Assembly (NCBI GenBank): GCA_000092065.1
Contig: CP000598.1
Strand: one strand, 5' to 3'
Length of the DNA: 64,000 nucleotides
Origin: Ostreococcus lucimarinus
Lineage: Eukaryota
The position numbers were made by a program, and so were the translations under genes. This document shows positions 47,061 to 58,094 of this stretch, one piece after another; the first letter of the stretch is position 1, and every line of letters begins with the position of its first letter. The notes beneath the pieces are model-generated. The model was not told the DNA's origin. It searched no databases and saw only the letters and a list, made by a program, of their open reading frames with translations.

Positions 47061-48372
47061 TACCAGTTTTAATTGTGGGGTGTTAATGCTATCGTTTGTG
47101 AGACACACTCGAGCGCCCTGTAGACTACTCGACTCTATCGCAGTACAAGTTCAGACAACACCAGGCAGAGGGCGTAGGCTAAGCCCCTTTTGCCCGTTCC
47201 CTCTGCCGCACTCTAAGAGCCTACTGCTGTCACAATGGTGCACGCGCTAGTAAGTATATTTTTCCTTCGGGGGTAACCTAGGCGAGTTTTTCTTATTCTA
47301 AAGCTAGTTAGTCAGAGTACTTTTTTATTTTGTGATGGTGACCGAATACAGCGAACACGGTGAAGTCGTCACGTGTGCAAGTCAGTGGCAGTGGCGGGTT
47401 AATGACTTTTCTAGATGAATTCTTTAGTTTGTACAATTCATTGGACATCGATGACCATGTTGATTGGCAGATGTTTAGCACTGCATTACACGAGTACGTG
47501 TTGCTGCTTTGAAAACAATCGGTGGTGACGATTTGTGAGACGAAACAAGGAGCGTATATCTGTGACGTCAGAATACGACGATGCACGGCATAACATCTTG
47601 GAAATTGAGCGCACGTGAACTCTCTGACATAGCACTGCATCGCAAGAATCTCTTAGTCGTCGTTGAGCGTTGTAAAACACCACACGCGCGTCAGCGTACA
47701 TTGTCTGTACAAACTGTCAAATTGTGATTGCGTGAGTACTTTGACGCTCAAGTGAAATCGAAGAAAAAATCCAGGTCCAACATGTTATTCAAAACAACTT
47801 ATTCATGCGTGTAAGTGCATGCAATGGCCGAAAGAGTCAGCGTTGCGGAATCCAGTCAAAGCAAGTTCAGGCTTCCTCAAAACGTTTAACATAATTTTTT
47901 GAATTCTATTCCCGGGTCCATTGGGCGTGAGGGTCGGCGCCACGTTTGCGAAACAGTCAAAATCACGCATGTCGACGAATCATGACTCATCACGCAGTCC
48001 CTCCGCCCCAGCATGATGTTCTGAAATCTGTGACGATCTTTGACGACCGAGTGCGCCGTCGACACGTGCTGCACACCGCTGGAAATCGGTGAACGATGTT
48101 AAAACGAGTGTTGAACGCGTGATCGTCGTTTCACAAGCGCGTGCACGGGTCGTGTGCGATCGCTCGCTCATCAGATGACGCATTTCTGAAAATGGGCGAA
48201 ATAATGTGCGTGTATGTAACCAGTCACTAAAGTGCCTACCTAGGTTACGATTTTGTCAGTTTCGGATCAAAACCGATTGCTGATGGTGATCTTGATTATG
48301 AGCGCGCACAGAGCTGATTCTACCATCATAACGAATCATCCTGACACTTTCTTCACCACGAACTGTCTGTCT

Positions 48373-49581
48373 CTACAACCCCTGGCAGAGCACTTGAGCA
48401 ACATGCCGCATGTGGCGAAATCGCATGTTCAAGAATAAATCGTCGGCGCAATCATGATTCAAACCTCTTGGGAGGTATTCAAAGCCCAACGAGGTGATAA
48501 AGTCGCGAAGTTCATGCTCGCCATGCTGATCAGCGTAGCCGGTAACCACTAGCTCCGGTTGAATCCAGACAACTCGTTTCGATAGCCAATGCCGAGCCCC
48601 TTTGATAATCTCTAAGTCATGGCCCTGTGCGTCAATCTTCAACATGTCGATATATTGGACGCGGCCACCTTGAACACCTAGAGACTCTGACTTTGGAACT
48701 GACACGGACCAAGGCAGAAGGGTAAAGAAATCATGAAGATTCCAAACAGGGACCTGAATTTCATTCTGCACGTCAAACTTGACCGGTTTGTGTAAGCTTG
48801 ATGTCCCTGGATCACCAGCGGTCGCGTAAAATGTCTGCAAGTGTAGAGGAGAAGAGCCCATCGCCACACAAGATAAAAAGTAGCGTTTGCCAACTAAGTC
48901 CAACGGCACACAGAGGTCTCCTGTGGAGCAAGCACAACCCTTCAGTATGTTCTTGCAACTTGTCGGATTAGGCTCAAACGCAAAAACTGTCAGCTGATCC
49001 GGATCGGAAGTGCTGCTGAACCATAAGGCGGAGTTTGGAGCGTTGTAAGACTCACCAATAGATATTTTCACACGCCGCGTATGCCTCGGCAGTGCAATTT
49101 TTCCACGCCGCAGGTGCACTGGAAGTAAGGCACGCGTGGCGTGACGAGTGCGCGAGATATCTTTGATACGTTCGGCCCCTACGAGTGGATCACTTTTTGG
49201 TTCTTCACAGCTACTCCCAAGTGAGTCGCTGTACGATTCAGTCACAGGAAGTCCGCGTGCTGACGCAAACGCAAGGAGTACGAGCGAACCCAGCGAACCG
49301 AGCAAACAGCCCGCAACCAACCTAAATTTCATACTGAATTTCATTCTGACAGGGACTCGCACGTTCTCGTGTCGCTTAAAGCCCGTATTTTGCTCCATCT
49401 CTTCGCGGTCTAAATACTGTATAAAGTGGGTGTGTAGTACGCTCTTTTCCGTTCTTCGGCCTGGGTGTTCAGTATGCTGTTTCCGGTCTTCAGTTTCTTC
49501 ATCTCGACGGCTTCGGGGCGACCACTTTGGCCGGCGACGAGTTTGCCCTGTACCATAGGACATCGTGGCCGCACACAGCAT
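48373..49581 (-). CDS. FkbM-family methyltransferase, second member
   Basis: ATG at 49581 verified; an alternative ATG at 49344 precedes the anchor MKFSMKFRLVAGCLLGSLGSLVLLAFA. VFAFEPNP and MLKIDAQGHDLEIIKGA are FkbM motifs. Confidence 0.7.
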   Translation of the reverse strand: MLCAATMSYGTGQTRRRPKWSPRSRRDEETEDRKQHTEHPGRRTEKSVLHTHFIQYLDREEMEQNTGFKRHENVRVPVRMKFSMKFRLVAGCLLGSLGSLVLLAFASARGLPVTESYSDSLGSSCEEPKSDPLVGAERIKDISRTRHATRALLPVHLRRGKIALPRHTRRVKISIGESYNAPNSALWFSSTSDPDQLTVFAFEPNPTSCKNILKGCACSTGDLCVPLDLVGKRYFLSCVAMGSSPLHLQTFYATAGDPGTSSLHKPVKFDVQNEIQVPVWNLHDFFTLLPWSVSVPKSESLGVQGGRVQYIDMLKIDAQGHDLEIIKGARHWLSKRVVWIQPELVVTGYADQHGEHELRDFITSLGFEYLPRGLNHDCADDLFLNMRFRHMRHVAQVLCQGL

Positions 49582-49788
49582 TTCGAGGCCTATATATTAT
49601 AATATCTCTTGTTTTTGTCAGAGGCCTATTTCTCAGAAACATCGTGTCCTTATGCGAAAATGAGGTGGATTAAGAGATGCGAAATTCGAAAATAGAATCG
49701 GCGATTTATTCCGATAAGGGCCGTTTTTTCCCACATCGGAATGAATCGGGCCTTTGTATTCCGAAAAGATACTTGTCAAAATAGCGCG

Positions 49789-49806
49789 ACTCGTCACGTG
49801 ACGAGT
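49789..49806. promoter_or_regulatory. Perfect 18-bp palindrome centred on a G-box (CACGTG) in a divergent intergenic region
   Basis: actcgtcacgtgacgagt lies between the 5' ends of 48373..49581 (-) and 50081..52366 (+). Several tattccg/cggaat motifs are nearby. Confidence 0.5.
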
Positions 49807-50080
49807 TAATTTTAGGGGGTCCTATTCCGACAACGCTATTCCGGCTATCTCTTTTGAAAAACTAGCGACGCGAAATGAAGACGCGCAGTCGCCCCACTAG
49901 TGCGCGTCACTTGTTGAACTCGTTCTTCACCGAACGGGGTTTTAAAGACGTACATGTGTCCTCAGGGAACCGCATGCGGATTGTCGTCGATCTCCTTTGA
50001 CCTCGGACGCTGAGGCCTCGGACCTTAAAGTCCCCGCTTCCGACGTAAAAAGTTCTGTCAGTGCGAGTTTTAGCCACGCT

Positions 50081-52366
50081 ATGAACTGGAGACTGAGTAT
50101 GTCGGAGTCGAAGTCGTTGTTGATTCTTCTCGTTGCATATGCATTTTGCAGCTCGACTCTCTTGATTCTCAATAAAGTTGCGTTGCAGACCATAAACTCG
50201 GGTACATTTTTGCTCCTACTACAGTGCGTGTTCACTTGTATGGCTCTTGGGACTCTCGACCATTTTGGATTTACTTCGGCTATTTCGCCTCTGGAGGCAG
50301 CCGAGCGCGAGCGATTTACTGTGGTGGTTGCCCTGTTCGTGACAACTCTATTTGCCAACATGAAATGTCTACAACTCGCAAACGTCGATACCGTTATCTG
50401 TATCCGCATGACGTGTCCTTTGTTAGTGAGTTTGCTCGATTATCTCTTTCTTGGAAGGGAGCTGCCCACTCGCACTTCAACCCTAGCATTGGTTGCAACT
50501 TGTGTGAGCTTTGCCTCATTTTTACTCGTTGAACAGAACTCTTCATGGATCACAATATTTTGGCTATCATTTTGGTACTGTGCTATGGTATTTGAGACCG
50601 TATTCGTCAAGTTTGTTGTCAGTGACTCGTCGCTTTCAACAGCGGCACAGTCCTTCTATCAAAATTTACTTGCGATCCCGGTGTTGACAGTGATATGGTT
50701 TTCCACAGAGATCCCAACTAGTGTTTTTGAACAAATTTCTTTGTCTACTTCGGAATTCTCCTTGGTTCTGTCCACTTGTATTCTCGGGTTAGGGATGAGC
50801 TACTTGTCGTTTGCTGTGCGTGAACGGGTATCGGCGACGAGCTTTTCAATGCTTGGTAATACGTGCAAGTTGATAACAATTCTAACGAATTATTTACTAT
50901 GGGAAAAACATGCTACAGGTGTTGGAACTTTTGCAGTCCTTTTCTGTCTTGCATCCAGTACCTTTTATCGCCAGGCGCCGTTGCGACATCCTATTAATCA
51001 TAAGGCGCAGTCATGGTTTCCCGCCCCTTGTACCATCAAGGCTACTGAAGAAGTCAATATGAGGATCATTGCAGCTGGGTTACTCGGTATCCTGGCGCTT
51101 GGCTTGCACTTTACTTCATATTTTCGTAGTTCTGTGAACTGGAACCTTGAAGAACAAACAGGTGTTTCTGGCGTTTCAGGAAAATTATTTACTGGTGCAC
51201 AAGTGCGGCAGTATTTTCCTTCGCATGACGATCGTCCTTCCAAGAAAAATCGTTCGACCTCTTCTCCCTTCTTTTCTGATCATATGTCTTGCGAAAATTG
51301 GGCCGTTTGTACCACCATCTTCGTCGAGTCAGACGCAGTGCGTGACGTTTGTAAAATACTACCGTCGTACTGCCTACTTGTCGTCGCAGATAAGAAAGGT
51401 CCACTAGAATACTTCATCGACGGGAACTGCACGTTCGCATACTTATCTGTAGAGCAACAAGAAGACATGTTAACAGACTCAGACTTCATCACAGAAACGC
51501 CGTGGAATCACTTTGGGCGGAAAAATCTAGGGTACTTGTTTGCAATAGCGAATGGTGCGAAGATGATATGGGATTTTGATGATGACAATCAAATAATCAG
51601 TTCAAAATTTTTTCTCGATCAGGCAGGAGAGCACCAACTAGTTACAGTCGAACCAATTACTTCGATGCTGAATCCTTACCCCTTACTTGGTGCCGAAAAG
51701 TTTTCCTGGCCTCGTGGTTTTCCACTCGACGGTATAAAAAACGAGGCATCACAACCAAGCGTTGACGATCTACGAGTTTCTGTCGTCGACTTCGAACGTG
51801 TCGGAGTACTGCAATCACTGGCGAATAATGATCCAGATGTTGATGCTATTTACAGGCTTCAGAGAGACCTGCCTTTCAGCTTCAAAGGCTGGTCGAGTCC
51901 TGCAAGTGTTTTCGTTTTGCCAGGCGCTTCTTTTGCTCCCTGGAATGCTCAAGCCACCCTTTTCAGGATGCGGGATGCACTCTGGGTTTCGTATTTACCT
52001 ATCTCTATTCATGGTAGGGTATCTGATATATGGAGATCATACATAGCGCAGCGACTTTTGCGGAACGTGTGTATTCACATCGCCTTCGCTGTGGAGCCAC
52101 TTGTTGTGCAACATCGAAATCAGCATTCCTACCTTGCCGATTTCGATGCGGAGCAAGATTTGTATTACAAATCAGGTAAACTGATCGAGCTTCTTGGAGA
52201 GTGGACCGCAAAATCTTCCTTTCCTCAAGAGCAGATTGTGGAGCTCTTCAGGATTCTGTATGAACATGATTATGTTGGAATCAAAGATGTTCGAATGATC
52301 GAACTCTGGATTTCAGAGCTCAACCGAGCGGGATACATCTTTCCAAAGAGCTGCAGTGTCCGCTAG
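50081..52366 (+). CDS. Single ORF fusing a TPT/GDP-sugar-transporter-like domain to a STELLO/DUF288-like glycosyltransferase domain
   Basis: ATG at 50081 (the track start at 49997 is TTG). The N-terminal half has ~9-10 helices (LLILLVAYAFCSSTLLILNKVAL, CIRMTCPLLVSLLDYLFLGRELP). The C-terminal half has NWAVCTTIF..LLVVADKKGP..NHFGRKNLGYLFAIANGAKMIWDFDDDN. An internal ATG at 51059 precedes a second anchor (MRIIAAGLLGILALGLHF). Confidence 0.7.
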   Translation: MNWRLSMSESKSLLILLVAYAFCSSTLLILNKVALQTINSGTFLLLLQCVFTCMALGTLDHFGFTSAISPLEAAERERFTVVVALFVTTLFANMKCLQLANVDTVICIRMTCPLLVSLLDYLFLGRELPTRTSTLALVATCVSFASFLLVEQNSSWITIFWLSFWYCAMVFETVFVKFVVSDSSLSTAAQSFYQNLLAIPVLTVIWFSTEIPTSVFEQISLSTSEFSLVLSTCILGLGMSYLSFAVRERVSATSFSMLGNTCKLITILTNYLLWEKHATGVGTFAVLFCLASSTFYRQAPLRHPINHKAQSWFPAPCTIKATEEVNMRIIAAGLLGILALGLHFTSYFRSSVNWNLEEQTGVSGVSGKLFTGAQVRQYFPSHDDRPSKKNRSTSSPFFSDHMSCENWAVCTTIFVESDAVRDVCKILPSYCLLVVADKKGPLEYFIDGNCTFAYLSVEQQEDMLTDSDFITETPWNHFGRKNLGYLFAIANGAKMIWDFDDDNQIISSKFFLDQAGEHQLVTVEPITSMLNPYPLLGAEKFSWPRGFPLDGIKNEASQPSVDDLRVSVVDFERVGVLQSLANNDPDVDAIYRLQRDLPFSFKGWSSPASVFVLPGASFAPWNAQATLFRMRDALWVSYLPISIHGRVSDIWRSYIAQRLLRNVCIHIAFAVEPLVVQHRNQHSYLADFDAEQDLYYKSGKLIELLGEWTAKSSFPQEQIVELFRILYEHDYVGIKDVRMIELWISELNRAGYIFPKSCSVR

Positions 52367-52743
52367 CAAGGTTTAGGATCGGTAAAAATAAAATTACACG
52401 CGTGTCGGTATTCGTTTCGTCGCTTCCGTCGGTTGCGCGCCACCGCTGGGCATTTGAAGTTAGCACTTCTCGATCGCCACGCGCGCGTTGTGGCGTCGTC
52501 GCGACTTATTAGCACTTCCGACGGCGCGCACGTATTAGGGACGTGGAGTGGAATACATACGTAGTTTTCTAATAACGAAAGAAGGAATTCGACTCACAAA
52601 TAAAACAAGTCATGAACACAAACACTTGGACGCGATGCGATGAACCGCAACGACCGTGGACGCCGTGTGGCTCACGCGTCGTATATAGCACTTCGCTTCT
52701 CTCAACGACGACAATGAGAACCGCGGGAGCATCTACTTGTTTT

Positions 52744-53988
52744 TCACTCTGGAAACAAGGTACGCGTTTTTCTTCTCCAGTGCTTCAAGATATCGGCAAT
52801 TGTGTTTGTGATGTTTGGGTCAGGAATCCACCCCGTCAGCTCTCGTATTTTCCTATTATCTGACAAAAGTATCTTCTCATCGTAAAGCCGCTCACGTGCA
52901 CCATCAAACAGCGTCGTGATGTCTGGTCTTGTTGACAGTGAAATCGCTGTGTCTAGGATGTCCTTCATTGAAAGTGCGATGCCACTACCGATGTTGTACG
53001 ACTCTCCAGGCTCTCCAAGGTCTACAAGTTTCGTTACCACTCGTGCAGAATCGCGGAGGTCAGTTATGTCCCTTTTTGTGGTAATGCGCCCATGTCTCAC
53101 CACTGGGCTTTGCAATCCGAGCTCGATCATTGCTATCTGCCGACAAAACTCTTGAGGTGCGAGACTCTCAGTCCCACCCGCTGAAACTTGGATAAAAAAT
53201 CGAGCGGTGACGACGTGCATGCCGTGGCTGTGCACATATTGCTGAGCAAGTAGGTCTGCTGCAACCTTGCTTACTCCATAAGGAGACACGGGCGCCAATG
53301 GTGCTTCTTCAGGTATGGCCCCTTCCCACGTATCAGCAGTTTTTCCATATTCTGTGCTTGAACCAGCCAGCAGAAAGCGCGTTTTGTTGGAGAGTCCTGC
53401 AAATCGCACTGCTTCTAGCATGTTGAAGGTGCCTTTGATGTTGGTATCTAAAGTCAGCTCAGCGGAGTCATATGAAACCCCGTTGATTGCTTGTGCAGCA
53501 AAATGGAAAATAACTGTTGGGCAGATTTCTGCGACCACCTGTTTGACACGAGTTCCGTCCAGAATGTCTCCACGAACGAGCTGTATGTTGTTCAATTCGC
53601 CTGCCAAATTTGACAGGTCAGATCGGTATCGCACAAGACCGTGAACCTCATACTTTCCTTCCTGTATCAACTGTTTCACAACGTAGCTGCCTATCATTCC
53701 AGACACACCTGTCACGAGAGCTCTTGGTCTTGCAGATAGAGCACTCAAGCAAGGCGTGTAATCTTTACTCTTTGCATTAAGATTTGTAGCAAAAGAGGAT
53801 TCCTCACGGTACATATGAGTTTTTGAAGGTTGAACATTGTATCGTGAAGTAACCGGGCTTGAAAGTCCTGATTTGAATTGCACAGCCTGATATGACGGAT
53901 GTAACACAACAGCTGCTAAAACAAACGATGAAACAGCCAATATTCGTGCAGTCTTTCCCAGCGTGTGCTTGAAGCGACTGTCGCGCAT
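52744..53988 (-). CDS. Membrane-anchored NAD-dependent sugar epimerase/dehydratase (extended SDR)
   Basis: ATG verified. Anchor ILAVSSFVLAAVVLH. ALVTGVSGMIGSYVV (GxxGxxG). SPYGVSKVAADLL (YxxxK). GSSTEYG. Confidence 0.8.
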   Translation of the reverse strand: MRDSRFKHTLGKTARILAVSSFVLAAVVLHPSYQAVQFKSGLSSPVTSRYNVQPSKTHMYREESSFATNLNAKSKDYTPCLSALSARPRALVTGVSGMIGSYVVKQLIQEGKYEVHGLVRYRSDLSNLAGELNNIQLVRGDILDGTRVKQVVAEICPTVIFHFAAQAINGVSYDSAELTLDTNIKGTFNMLEAVRFAGLSNKTRFLLAGSSTEYGKTADTWEGAIPEEAPLAPVSPYGVSKVAADLLAQQYVHSHGMHVVTARFFIQVSAGGTESLAPQEFCRQIAMIELGLQSPVVRHGRITTKRDITDLRDSARVVTKLVDLGEPGESYNIGSGIALSMKDILDTAISLSTRPDITTLFDGARERLYDEKILLSDNRKIRELTGWIPDPNITNTIADILKHWRRKTRTLFPE

Positions 53989-54210
53989 AGATAGCTGTCC
54001 TTAGCAAGTGATGACTATGTTATACTTCGAAGGTGTGCGGGACAAAATTCGCGACTGCCCTTGAGCGGCACGGAATGAGTTCAACAAGTGAGGCGCGCTG
54101 GCAGGGCGACGGCGCGCGTATACGTGTCGCGTCTCTTCATTTGCCATCATTTTTTATGTACAGTACAAGGGGGCTAGTAGTACTTTAGTAAAGTAATTGT
54201 ACTAATTGTA

Positions 54211-54254
54211 GTCATGATTGGTCGTTGTGCAGCATTGAGTCATGATTCGTCGTT
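54211..54254 (+). promoter_or_regulatory. Two copies of the motif GTCATGATT(G/C)GTCGTT, also found upstream of genes at 15066 and 18177
   Basis: 54211-54226 and 54239-54254. Related copies at 14820-14835 (gtcatgattggtcgtt) and 17956-17971 (gtcgtgactcgtcgtt). All lie 206-259 bp upstream of an ATG. Confidence 0.4.
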
Positions 54255-54469
54255 TTACCCCTCCCAAACGTTGGCGGTATTTAGCCAGATCCGAATGTAC
54301 ACAGTCAGACGGTCGCTCTTGGGTCATGACTTGTCAAATGGGCTCAAAAACTCGCCCCGGCCGTGATCACCACAATGCCCTGACGCTCACTTTTTCGCTC
54401 AAAACGCTATCCTATGCCAAACGATGCCCGCACAACGGAGGACGCAGTCAAACGACTACAAACACTAGC

Positions 54470-55663
54470 ATGGCGTCCGTAGCGTCCGTTATCGCCGCCA
54501 AGCGCGCTGGCTTCATCGGTATGGGTCGTCTGGGATTGTGTACCGCCCTCAAGTTTGAGCAAGCGGGTTGGGATGTCTGTGGGTCTGACGTCTTTCCGTC
54601 GTACGTTGAAAGTATCAACGACAAGAGTCTTCGAAGCAAAGAGCCCGGAGTCGAAGAGGCTTTGCGAAAGAGCACGCGTTTGCGAGCGACTCTGAATCTC
54701 CTTGATGTCCTAGAGCATGCCGATATCGTTTTCATTCTCGTCGCGACTCCAACCAGCGCGGGCGAAGAGGCCTACGACACGACAACTCTGAGCAGGGTCT
54801 TGAGTGATATCGCTAAATTAAGGCCGACAAACAAACACATCGTGATTTGCTGCACAGTGTTGCCTGGTTACATCTCGAACATCGGTAGTTACCTTATCGA
54901 AAGTTGCACTGGATGTAGTTTGAGTTACAATCCAGAGTTCATCGCCCAGGGTGAGATCATGAAGGGCCTCAGTGAACCCGACGTGGTGCTCATAGGGGAA
55001 GGAAGCGAAGAAGCCGGTGATATTCTACAGTTTTTATACGAGACCGCGACGTCCAATGAGCCTCGGATCTGTCGCATGTCTCCGCAAAGCGCTGAGATAA
55101 TGAAACTAAGCGTAAACTGCTTTGTTACCACGAAGATCAGCTTCGCCAATATGATTGGTGACATTGCTGACGCGACGCCTGGTGCAGACAAATTCGACAT
55201 CCTTAGAGCCGTTGGTCAGGATACACGTGTCGGCCACCGGTGCATCCTTCCAGGTTACGGCTTCGGAGGTCCTTGCTTTCCACGTGATAATAGAGCACTC
55301 GGAATGTACGCACGCAAGGTTGGAATCACTCCTTCAATTTGCGACGCGACGGATGAATACAACCGACTTCACGCGGACGCCATGGTAAAGGCTCTTTTGG
55401 AACAAAAACTAGAGCATTATACCATCAGTGATGTTGCTTACAAGCCACAGTGTCCGGTGGATATTATTGAAGAGTCGCAACCACTCGAAGTGGCCAAGAG
55501 ACTTGTTCAAGCAGGCAAGCGAGTCGTTATACGCGATCGACCCGCCATCATCGAGCTCGTACGCCGCGCTTACGGGCGTATGTTTACCTACGGAGCATAC
55601 AAAGTACCTAACGAAGAACCAAATACTTCTGCTGGCAACCCGTTATCAAGCTACGCGAGGTAA
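54470..55663 (+). CDS. Nucleotide-sugar 6-dehydrogenase (UDP-glucose / UDP-ManNAc dehydrogenase family)
   Basis: ATG at 54470 verified (MASVASVIAAKRAGFIGMGRLG, Rossmann GxGxxG). NPEFIAQG. Catalytic-Cys motif GFGGPCFPRDN. Confidence 0.85.
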   Translation: MASVASVIAAKRAGFIGMGRLGLCTALKFEQAGWDVCGSDVFPSYVESINDKSLRSKEPGVEEALRKSTRLRATLNLLDVLEHADIVFILVATPTSAGEEAYDTTTLSRVLSDIAKLRPTNKHIVICCTVLPGYISNIGSYLIESCTGCSLSYNPEFIAQGEIMKGLSEPDVVLIGEGSEEAGDILQFLYETATSNEPRICRMSPQSAEIMKLSVNCFVTTKISFANMIGDIADATPGADKFDILRAVGQDTRVGHRCILPGYGFGGPCFPRDNRALGMYARKVGITPSICDATDEYNRLHADAMVKALLEQKLEHYTISDVAYKPQCPVDIIEESQPLEVAKRLVQAGKRVVIRDRPAIIELVRRAYGRMFTYGAYKVPNEEPNTSAGNPLSSYAR

Positions 55664-56440
55664 GCTCAACCATGTTCACGTTTCAACGCTGTCACCAACT
55701 CACCGCGTGTCTGATGCGCTGGTGGCCAGATCTTTTGATTTAATATCTATCCATGATATAATCACAGATCTTTCACATCTTAGCCACCGTGCTCGTCGTT
55801 TCCTCGGATCTCGCACGAAGTTGAGATAAATTTCATGTATAAATTACTCACCCTAATATCATACTGCATACACTTTAAGTGCGTCGATAAAGAGCTTTGA
55901 GGTCGTGACAACGGCTGGAATCTACGAACCTGTTTCACGCATCAAAGTCCACCATGCTTTGAACCCTGCGGTTTGTGGCGCGTGATGAGCAAGTAGCAAG
56001 TGCCACCCAAACCTGCGTTCTATGGTGCGCACGAGAGCATCCGGCATAGCCGCGAACCACGGCTCTTTTTTGTATGTGTACGATGTATATGATTTGTATG
56101 TGTATGATTTGTTCGGGCGTTTTTTCCTTCGACTAATTTTGTCATCATCATCGAAACGGAACGTTTAATTCGAGCTCTCCACATTTTAGGGCTAATTTTG
56201 GGAAAAGTGTGACTGTCCATGTATAGACACAACACCAAACTCGATTAAAAAGCTCCTCAAAAAATGTGCGGGAATTGTCTCGAGTGTGTGGCGCTTGCGA
56301 TTGTGGCACGCGTTGAAGCGACTCGCGGTACGGCACGTACGTAGTCTTGAACACGAATATATGTGAATACGATTCACGTTCGAACGCTCTTGGAGTTGCG
56401 CTTCGACATGCTACTGAAAGTAGCTTGCGATTCCGGTACT

Positions 56441-57961
56441 ATGGCTCGCCGAACGGTCATTCTGTTTGCGGTTGTGGCCGTGTTGCTTTGGAGACTGTTC
56501 TTGTTCGATATTGGTGACAGCAGATTTAAAAGTATCACACCACATCCATCACCGGAGCAAAGACGACAACAAAATCACCGAGCAAGATTTTTAGAGCTCA
56601 CACATAACGAAACCTACAAAACCGCAAATGTCGAAGAGAGGAACGATGAACATTTCAAGATGGAACGATATGAAGAATCACCTGCAAGATTACAAGCGTC
56701 AGCTAATTTGGATACACAGAGCACCCGCGTCTTGGTTTTAAGTTGGCATGGTGGTACCGCGAAAGACACAGCGATGCAACTTCATAACGCTGGAGTTCGT
56801 CGCGAAAATATCGTGTGTGGAGGCATTATTTGGTACGAGAAAGTCCTCGATTCTGCTCCTTGCGTAAGAGATCATGCATTATCTGAGGCTTTGAATCGAT
56901 TGACACAGCGTGTAAGAGGTTTTCCCATGGCTATCGATCCAGCAGACGAGAAATGGTTGGATGATTTCGCAGCTGAGGCTAGCGAGATGCTATCTACGTT
57001 CCATGTGCTCTGGGCGGACTTTCCTACCGCCCTTTGTCTTCTATTAAACAAGATTGCCCCACATAAATTGATAGTACGCACAACGCATCGTTTTGATCAC
57101 CAGGTGGCTCATTCGAAGATAAATCACACGTCATTTGTACGTAAAAGCCTCATGCGCGTTCTACGCGAGGCGCCAATACTTCTTGCTGGGAGCGAGTACG
57201 ATCGGGCATACATGAAGTTCTACACATGTCGTGAACCTGAACGTCTATTCATAACATGGCCAACACAGTATTTGGAGAGTTTGGGCGCATCGCGTACACT
57301 TACGAACGAGTCATGCTTCATCTTGTGGGGGGGGTCGAACAACGAAGGTAGTTCAAGCATATCGATTACATTTGATAGAATACGAGTCCTCGGGCGCACT
57401 ATGGAGTCACAAGTTCCCATGAAAAGTCGCCCAACGAGTTTTGCTCACGCTTCGGAATTTGCAACAGAGCAAGCCGTAGTATATTTCCCATACAGTATGC
57501 CGAGTTCCGCATTTCATGAACTTTACGCGAGTGGTGTCCCCCTTTTCGTGCCATCGTTGACTTTCATGCTCGATGAGTTTTCAAAAAACCGTGGCTATCC
57601 TCACAAAGTAGCTGGTAATGTCCCTTGTGCTTCACCATCTTTTTACGAAAACGCTGAGGCAGTGGAGTTCTGCTGTCTTGACGATACTGGGGTATGTCAT
57701 GATCCAAATTCATGCGATCCTGAAGCGCTGAAACAATGGGTATCATTAGGTGACCTTTACACCACCCCGCATGTGACGTATTTCGACAGTGCCGAGCATG
57801 CTGTGGAACTCATGAGCAACTGGATGAAGCATCCAGACCAACGGGATCGAACGATCGAGGACATGGAGTCACACAACGTTGCTAACCTTCGATGGAATGC
57901 TCGTGTCGTTCAAGCCGCAATTCGTCATGTCAAACAAAGCAGCGCGCTTGAACTGGATTGA
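56441..57961 (+). CDS. Type II membrane protein, putative GT-B-fold glycosyltransferase
   Basis: ATG at 56441 (MARRTVILFAVVAVLLWRLFLF). The C-terminal AVVYFPYSMPSSAFHELYASGVPLFVPS resembles the GT1/GT4 E-x7-E region. The assignment is weak. Confidence 0.45.
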   Translation: MARRTVILFAVVAVLLWRLFLFDIGDSRFKSITPHPSPEQRRQQNHRARFLELTHNETYKTANVEERNDEHFKMERYEESPARLQASANLDTQSTRVLVLSWHGGTAKDTAMQLHNAGVRRENIVCGGIIWYEKVLDSAPCVRDHALSEALNRLTQRVRGFPMAIDPADEKWLDDFAAEASEMLSTFHVLWADFPTALCLLLNKIAPHKLIVRTTHRFDHQVAHSKINHTSFVRKSLMRVLREAPILLAGSEYDRAYMKFYTCREPERLFITWPTQYLESLGASRTLTNESCFILWGGSNNEGSSSISITFDRIRVLGRTMESQVPMKSRPTSFAHASEFATEQAVVYFPYSMPSSAFHELYASGVPLFVPSLTFMLDEFSKNRGYPHKVAGNVPCASPSFYENAEAVEFCCLDDTGVCHDPNSCDPEALKQWVSLGDLYTTPHVTYFDSAEHAVELMSNWMKHPDQRDRTIEDMESHNVANLRWNARVVQAAIRHVKQSSALELD

Positions 57962-58094
57962 AAATGCTGGTCGATACAAAGAAGCTGTGGGGGCGATACT
58001 TTGGACATCGTATTCAATATCTTACTTGGCGTACCTCGCCATGTAGAGTCTCACGCCTAGCGTATGTACGCGAAGTGAAAATAGATTTGAGTTT

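Noticed and set aside
47164-47207. Stem-loop ggcagaggg(26 nt)ccctctgcc about 100 bp downstream of the gene ending at 47060
   Set aside because: Rho-independent-terminator logic does not apply to a eukaryotic nuclear gene. A 9-bp stem alone is not compelling evidence for a functional RNA element.
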